Shown here in pieces: positions 1 through 8,724 of a DNA stretch of 64,000 nucleotides. The notes under the pieces were generated by a model. That model was not told where the DNA came from and did not search any database. It saw nothing but the letters and a program-made list of their open reading frames with translations. Positions within the stretch are counted from its first letter, which is position 1. The number at the start of each line of letters is the position of its first letter. Position numbers and translations under genes: made by a program. The DNA comes from Candidatus Micrarchaeota archaeon (lineage in GTDB: Archaea; Micrarchaeota; Micrarchaeia; Anstonellales; Bilamarchaeaceae). The DNA lies in NCBI GenBank assembly GCA_014730115.1, contig WJIU01000037.1:422-64421 (forward strand), given 5' to 3'.

Positions 1-2
1 CT

Positions 3-251
3 TATCTACTCAGGAAAAACAACTATGAAACGGAAGATTATGCCTACCTCCTCTTCTACCACCCGACAGGGATAAACGATGGCGGGAGCATAAGCTTCCA
101 GGCTGATTTGGTTACGGTTGATGTCAATCCCCTGGATGCCGAAAAGCTGTTTGAAAAGGCCCTGGAAACGCTTAATGGGCCCATGCCTGCCCCGGCAGAG
201 GGCTGTGAGTTCTGCAGATGGGCCACAGGATACCATAAGGAATGTGGTTAA
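3..251 (+). CDS. 3' end of a gene cut by the window edge (82 codons); unknown function with a C-terminal Cys cluster
   Basis: Frame 3 is open from the window edge to TAA at 249-251 (...GCEFCRWATGYHKECG*). The C-x2-C-x8-C tail resembles the metal/Fe-S clusters at C-termini of Cas4/RecB-type nucleases, but this is only a guess. Confidence 0.4.
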   Translation, partial: YLLRKNNYETEDYAYLLFYHPTGINDGGSISFQADLVTVDVNPLDAEKLFEKALETLNGPMPAPAEGCEFCRWATGYHKECG

Positions 252-339
252 CTGATTTTATAACCCCGGATAATACCGGCGTCAAGGCCAGCCGCGGGCC
301 CGCAGCAATTCTGCCTGCCCGGGCCATCTGACCTTCCAA

Positions 340-531
340 ATGATTAAACTTGCCATTATCCATCTCATTATGCCGGCGCCTGGCGGCAAGCTGGAAATCC
401 CGGGATTCGACAGCCTTTCAGGGCCTTCCGCCGCATTCCTGAAATACCATGAGGCGGTTGATGGAAACCTGCAGGGAAAAATCATCCGGATGCCTGCGGA
501 CAGGCACACCGGGTGGCTGGAGCCTGCCTGA
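340..531 (+). CDS. hypothetical small protein (63 aa)
   Basis: ATG ORF with host-like codon usage that fills the gap between flanking genes. No recognisable motif. Confidence 0.25.
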   Translation: MIKLAIIHLIMPAPGGKLEIPGFDSLSGPSAAFLKYHEAVDGNLQGKIIRMPADRHTGWLEPA

Positions 532-532
532 T

Positions 533-757
533 TCAGGCGGCAATCCTTTTCTTTTCCTTTATCGGCTCCTCCTTTTCCTCCAGCCTGTTGGCGATAAGCC
601 TGGTGAGTGGCAAAACCACAATGGCAAAAACCGCCCATTTCACAAGCTTGTCCTCAAAATTCGGAAACTCCAGGTCCAGCGCTTCCAGGGTCAGGTGATA
701 GGCCAGCCCTGCCACTATCAGAAGAAAAATCCATTTGATGTTCCAGCCTGAGCCCAT
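533..757 (-). CDS. small membrane protein (74 aa)
   Basis: ATG start, two hydrophobic helices (IFLLIVAGLAY, AVFAIVVLPL) and a charged C-terminal tail. Codons are CTG/GAG/AAG-rich like confident genes. Confidence 0.5.
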   Translation of the reverse strand: MGSGWNIKWIFLLIVAGLAYHLTLEALDLEFPNFEDKLVKWAVFAIVVLPLTRLIANRLEEKEEPIKEKKRIAA

Positions 758-848
758 GCCATGTTATCCTGCCCTTGGTTTAAGAATCTTTTTCCTTGTG
801 CCCAACCCACAGGTTAAAATAGCAGGATTCCAATTACAGGCTGATACT

Positions 849-3290
849 ATGCAATACCTGACTGCTGTTTTCTGTGTGTTTTTGCTTTTTGCCGCTGTTT
901 CTTCTGCAAAGCAGGACAACGGCGGCCTCACTCCAGGAATAGAAGAGGCCCAGTCCGAAGACGGCCCTGATTCATTTGATGACGGCCCGGGCCAGGATGC
1001 CGGAGGCAAAGACGTTGACGCCGTGGGCGGCCTTCCAGAGACGCCCGAAGACTCGGGAACAGCAGGCACTGAGACCTATTATTCTGGCGACAGGGCCCTG
1101 CTCTCAGGGGTGCCGGTCTACCACCAGCAGAACATTTCCAGCCCCTGGATATGCTCAGGCCATGACATCAAGACAGGCTGCGGCCCTGTTGCAGCCGCAT
1201 CCATAGCAGCATGGTGGGAAAGAAGGGGATTCACCAGTATGATGGCAGGCAGCCAGAACAGCCTGGGCATCCCTGAAGACACCATAGTGGAGCTTGCCCA
1301 GCTCCAGTACGTGGGCATACTGCCCAACTGCACCGGCGCAAACACCGCAACCCTCCCCGACGCTTTCAAAACAGGGCTGGAGGACTACCTTGAAGACCAT
1401 TCCGGTGTGGGCTGGGATGTCACCAGGCACAAAATCAGGGAGGACAGCGACACCGGGCAATTGTGGGACATGGTAAAAAACGAGATAGACAGCGGCAGGC
1501 CCATGGTATACCTGTACCGGCCGGACGGGGCAAAGGAGCCGGACGGCTACCTGTTTTCCACCCATTACGGAGTAATCGTAGGATATGACAGCTGGAACGG
1601 AAGAAAGAACCTCATCCTCCAGACCAACTGGGGGGAGGGCAACTGGACATATCCCTACATGAACACCTATGCAAGCGACAGCAGCCTTGAGGACAACAGC
1701 CTTGTAACCCTTGGGCATTACGCCCGCCCTGCTGCCGCAATAAACTTCAACATTTACACAATAGTGCCTGAGTCAGAGCCTGATTATGAGGGCCAGTGCA
1801 GCGGCTGGCTCATGCCCGGGAACGAATTCCACTACAAGGATCCCCATGACGGTGTCCAGTCCCATTCATTCTGGCCCAGGCACTACCTGCTCAGGGATTC
1901 AGAGACCTGGGGGCCCACGGACAGCCTCTCCTACCAGGACGGCGAATGCTTTGTTGCCCACTGGGTTGACTCAGACGATGACGGCTGGTACGACGGGGCA
2001 GACAACTGCCCTGAGACCGCAAACCCCTGCCAGACAGACACCGACGGGGACGGCACCGGCGACGAGTGCGACTATCCCGACATAGCCCTTTACATGGAAT
2101 ATGAAACCCCCTATACCATGACAAATATCTCCGGCGGCATAAGGCTGGGCTTTGACATAAACAGCACCATATGCAATATGGGAACAGAGGCCATTCCTGC
2201 AGGCACCGGGCTCAGGCTGAGCTGGAGCCAGGAGGTGGTTTCCATGGGAGGGGGAGAGGAGGAAGGGGACTATGTCCTGAAGATTGATGCCGTTTCTGCC
2301 CGGAACAACACCACGAAGCTTGTCTACAACATGTTTTCCAATGAAAGCAGGGTCCCGGAAGTGGCGGCAATCCCCTACAGCCCCTTCAGCCATGAAAGCA
2401 GGACAATAACGCTTCCTGCAGACTTCCACCCCAACACCTCCATCACTGTGTCCAACGCCCAGTTCTACACAGTGGTAAACTCCACCGAAGACTGCGTACT
2501 CGTAACCCACACCGGCAATGTGGACGATGACCTGGAAAAGGAGCTGGATGAGGACAACACCGTGGTGCTGGAGGGATATGACACACTGACATACTGCTAT
2601 GGGATAACCGAAGTGGAGCTGGGGGACCTGGAGATGGGCCGGAAGCCCGGCTATGGCTTTGACCAGGGGCTCCAGCATGACATTGCAGAGGCAGGGCTCG
2701 CAAAGGTTATTGACATAATCAGGGATGTGGGGCCGGAGGGCGCACTCATTGATGTGGGGCCGGTGGTTCTTGACTTTCCCCGGGATGCAGTGGAAGGCCC
2801 TGTGGGCGTGCAGGTAACCAAAGTGAAGCAGTTCACCGGAATCAGCCCGGCAACAGATGTCTATGACATCAGTGCCAGGGGGGCATTCGGCAGCCCGGTC
2901 ACAATAACATTCAGCTATGATGAAAGCAGCCTGGAAAAGCCTGAGAGCAGCCTGGGCATATTCAGGCTGGAGAAAGGCGGCTGGAAGATGCTCCCCTCCA
3001 CGGTTGACACAGCAGCCAATACCGTTTCCGCAGGTGTCACCCACTTTTCCCTTTACACTGTTGCGCCCGGGTTCAGCCCGGACAGGTTCATAGGAAAGGG
3101 AGAGACATTCAAGAGCATGAAGAACGAGACCTGGGAAGGAAAAAAGGCCTACCGGATTGTAAAGCGGAAAAAAGCCAGGCTCCTGGGTCTGATAGAAGTT
3201 GAAATGGAGATAGAAACGGTTGTTGATGCTGAAAAAGAAGAGCAGGTTCAGGAAACAAAGCCCTGGTGGGCCTTCCTTGCACTGGAATAA
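849..3290 (+). CDS. secreted multidomain protein: papain/C39-like cysteine peptidase domain plus thrombospondin type-3 (Ca-binding) repeats plus a beta-rich C-terminal region
   Basis: The track ORF starts at 735, but the ATG at 849 gives a signal peptide (MQYLTAVFCVFLLFAAVSSA). Candidate catalytic Cys in GCGPVAAASIAAWW and His in STHYGVIVGYD. DSDDDGWYDGADNCPETANPCQTDTDGDGTGDECD matches TSP3-type D-x-D-x-D-G repeats. Confidence 0.7.
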   Translation: MQYLTAVFCVFLLFAAVSSAKQDNGGLTPGIEEAQSEDGPDSFDDGPGQDAGGKDVDAVGGLPETPEDSGTAGTETYYSGDRALLSGVPVYHQQNISSPWICSGHDIKTGCGPVAAASIAAWWERRGFTSMMAGSQNSLGIPEDTIVELAQLQYVGILPNCTGANTATLPDAFKTGLEDYLEDHSGVGWDVTRHKIREDSDTGQLWDMVKNEIDSGRPMVYLYRPDGAKEPDGYLFSTHYGVIVGYDSWNGRKNLILQTNWGEGNWTYPYMNTYASDSSLEDNSLVTLGHYARPAAAINFNIYTIVPESEPDYEGQCSGWLMPGNEFHYKDPHDGVQSHSFWPRHYLLRDSETWGPTDSLSYQDGECFVAHWVDSDDDGWYDGADNCPETANPCQTDTDGDGTGDECDYPDIALYMEYETPYTMTNISGGIRLGFDINSTICNMGTEAIPAGTGLRLSWSQEVVSMGGGEEEGDYVLKIDAVSARNNTTKLVYNMFSNESRVPEVAAIPYSPFSHESRTITLPADFHPNTSITVSNAQFYTVVNSTEDCVLVTHTGNVDDDLEKELDEDNTVVLEGYDTLTYCYGITEVELGDLEMGRKPGYGFDQGLQHDIAEAGLAKVIDIIRDVGPEGALIDVGPVVLDFPRDAVEGPVGVQVTKVKQFTGISPATDVYDISARGAFGSPVTITFSYDESSLEKPESSLGIFRLEKGGWKMLPSTVDTAANTVSAGVTHFSLYTVAPGFSPDRFIGKGETFKSMKNETWEGKKAYRIVKRKKARLLGLIEVEMEIETVVDAEKEEQVQETKPWWAFLALE

Positions 3291-3350
3291 AAATAAAAAA
3301 CAAAATCAATAATTAAATTAGAATCTTAAGTAACCAGATAATCAGTAACT

Positions 3351-3488
3351 TTAGAATCTCCTTTTTGGTCTGTAACAGTCCCTGCAGTATACCGGTCTGC
3401 CTTCCTGGGGCTCGAATGGCACTTTGCATTCGCTGCCACATTTAGCGCAGACAGCATCCCACATGGGCCTGTCGCTTCCTTCATTCAT
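3351..3488 (-). CDS. 45-aa CxxC-x17-CxxC zinc-ribbon protein (missed by the ORF track)
   Basis: ATG at 3488, TAA at 3351-3353. Product: MNEGSDRPMWDAVCAKCGSECKVPFEPQEGRPVYCRDCYRPKRRF. The spacing C14xxC17-x17-C35xxC38 matches the small archaeal CxxC-x17-CxxC family. A T-run lies downstream on the minus strand. Confidence 0.6.
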   Translation of the reverse strand: MNEGSDRPMWDAVCAKCGSECKVPFEPQEGRPVYCRDCYRPKRRF

Positions 3489-3618
3489 TTTTTTATTCAC
3501 CTATTTTTGACTGGGCATACAACCCAGTCAATGTAATTATGCCTTACTGCATTTATAAGCGTATGCATTTCCCAGAAATCCGGGAAATCTTTAAATTGTT
3601 TAATCCAGACTACTCAGC

Positions 3619-5100
3619 ATGAAGAGGCTTGTTTTGATATTCCTATTCGCCGGACTAATGGCATCGGGATGCACAGCGCCCCGGGAAGAACCCAGTGAAA
3701 CGGAAGATGCCCCAGACCCTGATGAAAGGACGTTCATCTATGACCGGGGCGCCAGTGCATCATGGCCCCTGAGCATGGCGGTCGCATCCACCGGCAGCAT
3801 ACCCGGGGACGCATACCAGGTTTACGGAAAGACAAACCTGACAATAAGCGACTGCCTGGCCCTTTCTGGCCAGCCCCAGGGAAAGGCCCGCTGCCTGACC
3901 CAGGCGGCGGCATACCTGAACGACAGCTCCATCTGCGAAAAGCTGGCCGGCCCGGACAAGTCGGTGTGCTATTATGATTATGCGTTAAGCAATGCCGACT
4001 ACAAGGCATGCGAAAAGGTGCAGACCTCTTATCTGAGCAGGGAAAAATGCAGGAGGGCGGTTGCGCTGTACACCGGAAACGCGTCCCTCTGCGGATACAG
4101 TGACCAAGAGGAGCAGGGCAGGGAAATGCTCTGCAGGTATTTTGCAGGCCTGGGCAGTGCAGCAAATCCTGAGTGCAGGGAAACAACTGTCTCCACTTAT
4201 CTTGTTGAGGACGTGCAATTCGGGGAAAGCATCCGGTGGCTGGCCGAAAACCACCCGGGTGAAAGGGTGCTTTCATGGTGGGACTACGGCCTCCCGCTGG
4301 AATGCGCGGGCATGGAATCCGTTGTCTCTTCATATGAAGACGAAGACGTTTCCTATGTTGCCAGTCTGCTGGTGGATGCCAATGAATCAGAACTGGCTTC
4401 CTACATGGAAGGAAAAGATGCAGGGCTGCTCATGGTGGACACCGGCCTGGTTTCCTCCCCCGGGCGCTATCTGGGGGGCAAGTACGGCGCACTGAACTAC
4501 ATATCCTGCGCGTACAGCAATGAAACAAATCCTGAAACAGCACTGGGCACGTCACAGTGCGAGCAGGACCATATGTGGGAGACGATATTCGTCACCTCCA
4601 ACCCCTGCACTGCAAATAACAGTTCAGGCATGGTGGCCTACCGGCTTCTGCAGAAGGAGCCCGAGACCGGCGAATACTTCTATATCCAGTACTACCCCGG
4701 CCAGTGCCTGGACGTCCAGGACCAGGCCGCCGAGGCCTACTGCAATGCATTCTTTGCATGGGAGCCGGTGTACTGCATAGCAAATACCACCCTTTCCGAC
4801 GGCACCACCGCATTTGCCCCCTACCGCCTTGACAGCAAGGAGCTGAGCAAGGCAGCCATGCTCCTGCCCCTGGAGCTTCCCGGAAGCTACCATTTCGGGG
4901 ATGCCACCCAGGTAACCCTTTTCTATACAAAGGAAAAGCTATGGCTGGAAAACGGGAGTGCGGTAAGCGGTTACAGCGACCGGACAACAGAATTCTATGA
5001 CTCGGCGCTCTACAAGGCTTTGTTCCTTGACCGGCTGGAGGGCTTCCAGAAGCTTTACACCGGAGAAACAGGGGTTGTGAAGATATTCGGCCTAAAATAG
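3619..5100 (+). CDS. lipoprotein with an STT3/AglB-like C-terminal (WWDYG) domain and no transmembrane core
   Basis: Signal peptide with lipobox (LFAGLMASGC), then a Cys-rich repeat region, then ERVLSWWDYGLPLE (WWDYG codons at 4276-4290). No hydrophobic helices after the signal peptide. Confidence 0.75.
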   Translation: MKRLVLIFLFAGLMASGCTAPREEPSETEDAPDPDERTFIYDRGASASWPLSMAVASTGSIPGDAYQVYGKTNLTISDCLALSGQPQGKARCLTQAAAYLNDSSICEKLAGPDKSVCYYDYALSNADYKACEKVQTSYLSREKCRRAVALYTGNASLCGYSDQEEQGREMLCRYFAGLGSAANPECRETTVSTYLVEDVQFGESIRWLAENHPGERVLSWWDYGLPLECAGMESVVSSYEDEDVSYVASLLVDANESELASYMEGKDAGLLMVDTGLVSSPGRYLGGKYGALNYISCAYSNETNPETALGTSQCEQDHMWETIFVTSNPCTANNSSGMVAYRLLQKEPETGEYFYIQYYPGQCLDVQDQAAEAYCNAFFAWEPVYCIANTTLSDGTTAFAPYRLDSKELSKAAMLLPLELPGSYHFGDATQVTLFYTKEKLWLENGSAVSGYSDRTTEFYDSALYKALFLDRLEGFQKLYTGETGVVKIFGLK

Positions 5101-5670
5101 GCCTTCATCCTTTTTGGGCTGCCAGAAGCTGTAGCACAGGAGGTCTTTTTCCCCCTTTTTATCCACAAGCAGAATATTGTTTTCCTCCATTATCGGGGCA
5201 AGCTTTTCAGCAAACTCCCCTGCCTGCTCCATGCCTGAAAAGTTCTCCACGCTCTGCAGTTTCCTGTCCTCCATGGTGGTTATCAGGCATCTTCTTTTGG
5301 GCCTTCCAAATTTGTCTGAATACTCCAGCTCCAGCTTGTGGATTTCTTTGAACGGTACAAATGTTGACTTGGAGGTTGTCTGCTGGGCCTGGATTGCAAT
5401 TCCCTTGTCATAAACCTTCAAAGGAACATCAACAACCATGCACAGGAACTTGTACACAACTGCAAATACAATGAACAACAAGGCAACCCCCAGCACTCCT
5501 GAGCAAAACGGGACAATGCCGTTCAGGGCCAGGGGCGGGGGAAGCAATGCAGACAGCAGGCTGTTCACCGCTATGAAAGCCACAATCAGTATTGCCAGGA
5601 CCGCAACAAGCAGGAATGTGGCGAAATCGGTCTTTGAGCAGTATGGGCTGGCATCCAGCAGCAGTTCCAT
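5092..5670 (-). CDS. membrane protein, two TM helices plus a cytoplasmic PH-like domain (hypothetical)
   Basis: Hydrophobic segments FATFLLVAVLAILIVAFIAV and VLGVALLFIVFAVVYKFL, followed by a soluble about 110-aa domain. Converges on the previous gene with a 9-nt overlap. Confidence 0.6.
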   Translation of the reverse strand: MELLLDASPYCSKTDFATFLLVAVLAILIVAFIAVNSLLSALLPPPLALNGIVPFCSGVLGVALLFIVFAVVYKFLCMVVDVPLKVYDKGIAIQAQQTTSKSTFVPFKEIHKLELEYSDKFGRPKRRCLITTMEDRKLQSVENFSGMEQAGEFAEKLAPIMEENNILLVDKKGEKDLLCYSFWQPKKDEGLF

Positions 5671-5694
5671 GAATGGAATTATTTTGTAAATCCT

Positions 5695-7062
5695 TTAAAC
5701 TTCGATTGGTTTGCCAGCCTCTGTTTTCACCGCATTCTCCATAGTGAACAGCTCCGGGTGCTGGGTGTGCACCGGCACCACTTTATCGGCGCCAATCTCT
5801 TCCACGATTTCAAAAATCTCATCCATGGATGCATGCCCTGATGCATGGAGCTGGTGGTGCCCTATGCCAAACCGGCCCAGCCAGTTCTGCAGGATTTCAT
5901 CCTGAAGCTGGGACATGGGGTCCTCCTCAAAGGGCTCGCTCATGGAATGGATGCATGCCCCCTTCCCCGGCTTTACATCAATCAGTTCAGTAAGGGTGTA
6001 AAAATCCTGCTCCCATATGATGCTGTCCTGGTTCTGCTTCACCCATTTATAGTCCACGCACTTGTCCAGCATCGGGACCTCCCAGACTTTGTAGACCTTC
6101 ATCTCCCTTTTGTAGACTTCCAGGGAACTGTCCTCAAAGGGCTGGGGTAGCGCAAGGGCCTTGTCCTCCCTGAGGGCCTGCAGCATATGCGCAGTTTTCA
6201 GGCTTATCACCAGCTTTCTTCCGGTCTCTTTTGCAATCTGGTAGAAGGTCCTGAACCTGTCCAGGTCCTTGGGGTATCTCATGGCCATCACAAAGCCGTT
6301 GCTTTCCACAATTTCCTTGCCTTTCTCATGCACCTCTGCCTCTGAAAAGTCCTTTCTCTTTTCCTCCGGAGCCACCCTGGTCCCTTCCACCACCAGCACT
6401 TTGGGGCCGGCCTGCTTTGCCCTGTCTATGAAATCCCTGGTCATCTCCGGGCGGTTGCCGTGCCTTCTTATGTCCCCGGTGTAGGCAACGGCTCCGCTGC
6501 CGGTGTTCACCACAAAGCCGTATGCCCCGGGAACAGAATGGTCCACATGTACCGGAAGCACCTCAATGCTGCCTGTGTCAATACTCTCCCCGGTCCGGAA
6601 TATGCGCACATCATTTGCCGGAATCACCGAGCCGTCCCGGGCCACCCCGTCCTTTTCATAAAACCACTGGGCCCTTCCGGTATCATTTACCGAGCGCAGG
6701 ATTGTACGGGCAGTTTCCCCCATGTAAATGGGAATCCTCTGGTCCAGGTACCTGATATGGGCAATATGGTCGTAATGGGGATGGGACAGGAATACTGCAT
6801 GGTATTGGGGGCCGCAGTGGTCAATGTCTGTCTTGTCCACTGCCCAGGAATTGTAAAGGCCCTTTAATTTTGGCATCAAATCCAGGGCAAAGTAGTCCCT
6901 GAGGCCAAACCTGAGCCTGGGCTGCAGGTATTCCACAAAATAATCGTCCAGATGGGTGAAGGACTGGCCGAAGTCAAGGAAAATCCTGGTGCCGCTGTCC
7001 TCCACCAGCACCTTGTTTCCCCCGATTTCGCCTACTCCACCATAACATGTAATGGAAGACAT
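5695..7062 (-). CDS. rnj: RNase J-like metallo-beta-lactamase / beta-CASP ribonuclease (archaeal-size, 455 aa)
   Basis: N-terminus ITCYGGVGEIGGNKVLVED...IFLDFGQSF and the HxHxDH motif SHPHYDHIAH. C-terminal HASGHA motif. Its length fits archaeal RNase J, which lacks the bacterial C-terminal domain. Confidence 0.85.
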   Translation of the reverse strand: MSSITCYGGVGEIGGNKVLVEDSGTRIFLDFGQSFTHLDDYFVEYLQPRLRFGLRDYFALDLMPKLKGLYNSWAVDKTDIDHCGPQYHAVFLSHPHYDHIAHIRYLDQRIPIYMGETARTILRSVNDTGRAQWFYEKDGVARDGSVIPANDVRIFRTGESIDTGSIEVLPVHVDHSVPGAYGFVVNTGSGAVAYTGDIRRHGNRPEMTRDFIDRAKQAGPKVLVVEGTRVAPEEKRKDFSEAEVHEKGKEIVESNGFVMAMRYPKDLDRFRTFYQIAKETGRKLVISLKTAHMLQALREDKALALPQPFEDSSLEVYKREMKVYKVWEVPMLDKCVDYKWVKQNQDSIIWEQDFYTLTELIDVKPGKGACIHSMSEPFEEDPMSQLQDEILQNWLGRFGIGHHQLHASGHASMDEIFEIVEEIGADKVVPVHTQHPELFTMENAVKTEAGKPIEV

Positions 7063-7096
7063 GCAACGATTTCTTTGTTACAAAATAAAAATGAAT

Positions 7097-7774
7097 TCAT
7101 TGTTTTACGATTTCAAGAAGCTGCTCAAAGCTGTCAATCACAAAATCAGAGCCATAGTCGGATTTCTTTCTTAGCGAGCCGTACCTTGCCCAGCAGGTGT
7201 TCATCCCAATCCTGGCCGCACCCTTCAAATCCTTTTCAGGATTGTCGCCCACGTAAAGGCATGCCGGGGCAAGCAGGTTGAGCTTTTTCAGTGCAAGGTT
7301 GAAGGGAGAGGGGTGGGGCTTCTCCTCCAGGGTGTCATGGTGGGTGATGATGAAGTCAAATTCCTCCTCCAGCCCGGTAAGCACCAGCCTCTGCCAGGCC
7401 TTGTTCCTTGGGGCATCAGTCACTATGCCCAGCCTGTGGTTTTTCCTGAGCTTGGCAAGCACCGGCTTGACCATGGGATAGGGCCTCAGGACCTCAAACT
7501 TCTTTTTCAGGTAGGCAAGGATTGCGGCCTGCTGGATTCTTTCCGCAAGGTTTATCTCCAGGTTGAATGGGCTGATGACATCATAGAAGGTCTTCTGGTA
7601 TTCAATGCCCTTCTCATCATACACAGAAAATATCTTGCCGTAGGCCTCCATTTCAGTGGCCGGAAGCCCTCTTTTCACCATGGCCGCAGCCGCGGCCCTG
7701 GCGGTTTCCTTTTTGAATGTTAGAAAGTCAATCAGGGTGTTGTCCAGGTCGAACAGGATGGCCTTTATGTCCAT
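7097..7774 (-). CDS. HAD-superfamily hydrolase
   Basis: DxDxT motif in MDIKAILFDLDNTL, and YVGDNPEKDLKGA (motif IV). The track start at 7825 is GTG; ATG at 7774 (or 7780) is more plausible. Confidence 0.8.
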   Translation of the reverse strand: MDIKAILFDLDNTLIDFLTFKKETARAAAAAMVKRGLPATEMEAYGKIFSVYDEKGIEYQKTFYDVISPFNLEINLAERIQQAAILAYLKKKFEVLRPYPMVKPVLAKLRKNHRLGIVTDAPRNKAWQRLVLTGLEEEFDFIITHHDTLEEKPHPSPFNLALKKLNLLAPACLYVGDNPEKDLKGAARIGMNTCWARYGSLRKKSDYGSDFVIDSFEQLLEIVKQ

Positions 7775-7870
7775 GCACATTATTCTGCTGATACATTTAG
7801 TAAAATTGCGGATTCCTGCCATCACATTTATATTGGTTATCTAACTAGTCCTGGTAAAAAGGTTGATATA

Positions 7871-8524
7871 ATGACAGATTTCGGCAGTTTGATAAATATA
7901 TACAAGCCAAAAGAGCTTGCCAATTATCTTAGAAGGGAATGCCAGAAAGCGGGCTGGGGGCCCACCGCAATAAATGTCGCCATTGCGATTATTGTTACTT
8001 CCGTGGCCTCTGCAGTAGTGGCCCTTGTCGGCACCATGCTCAGCGGGGTGCTGGGGGCAATGGGCGGCGACCTTGGAGGAGCCGCAATCGGCGGAGCATT
8101 CAATTTCGTGCTGATAGCGGCGACAGCAGTTGCCTCATTCATCGGCTTCTTTGTTGTCGGGCTGATACTGCATTTCATTGCGGCTGCACTGGGAGGGAAA
8201 GGCACCCCTGAGAAAACCCTTTACATGATGAGCCTTCCGATGCTGGCACTGTCCCCGCTTTATGCGGTCATTACCCTGCTTTCAGTTATTCCGTGCGTGG
8301 GATGCCTGCTTATTCCGGTCGGGCTTCTGGTGGCTATCTACCAGCTGTTTGTGTACTACAAAGGCCTGATGGCCGTCAACGGCATGGAAAGCACCAAGGC
8401 AATCATTGCACTTGTGGCATGGGTGATACTGCTGCTGATACTCTATGCAATAGTGTTCGGCTTAATGTTCGCCCTTGGAGTAGTGGGGGGCATGGGTGCA
8501 GGAATGCTCGGGTCAAACTTCTGA
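7871..8524 (+). CDS. Yip1-domain-like polytopic membrane protein
   Basis: Five Gly/Ala-rich TM helices. HFIAAALGGKGTPEKTLYMMSLPMLALSP resembles the conserved Yip1-family loop. Confidence 0.55.
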   Translation: MTDFGSLINIYKPKELANYLRRECQKAGWGPTAINVAIAIIVTSVASAVVALVGTMLSGVLGAMGGDLGGAAIGGAFNFVLIAATAVASFIGFFVVGLILHFIAAALGGKGTPEKTLYMMSLPMLALSPLYAVITLLSVIPCVGCLLIPVGLLVAIYQLFVYYKGLMAVNGMESTKAIIALVAWVILLLILYAIVFGLMFALGVVGGMGAGMLGSNF

Positions 8525-8568
8525 CCCTTACCTTTCCCTTTTTTAATTTTTCAAATTAAACCTGCTTT

Positions 8569-8721
8569 ATGAACGCTTTACTGCTGCTGTTATTGGCCCT
8601 GGGGCTTCTGACTTTCGGCTGCTGCTGTGCTGTTTCTGACATCCCTGAAGGGGATTACGAAGGGTATGACTTCGAAGACTATCAGTATGAAAGCGATGCG
8701 CCGGTGCCCGGTTCGGGCTGA
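8569..8721 (+). CDS. 50-aa acidic lipoprotein (missed by the ORF track)
   Basis: ATG at 8569, TGA at 8719-8721. Product: MNALLLLLLALGLLTFGCCCAVSDIPEGDYEGYDFEDYQYESDAPVPGSG. Clear signal peptide plus lipobox. Confidence 0.5.
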   Translation: MNALLLLLLALGLLTFGCCCAVSDIPEGDYEGYDFEDYQYESDAPVPGSG

Positions 8722-8724
8722 ATG

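Noticed and set aside
1971-3044. 357-aa minus-strand ORF
   Set aside because: It lies entirely inside the secreted peptidase/TSP3 gene on the other strand. Its composition is Cys/His/Gly-rich and nonsense-like, with no motif.
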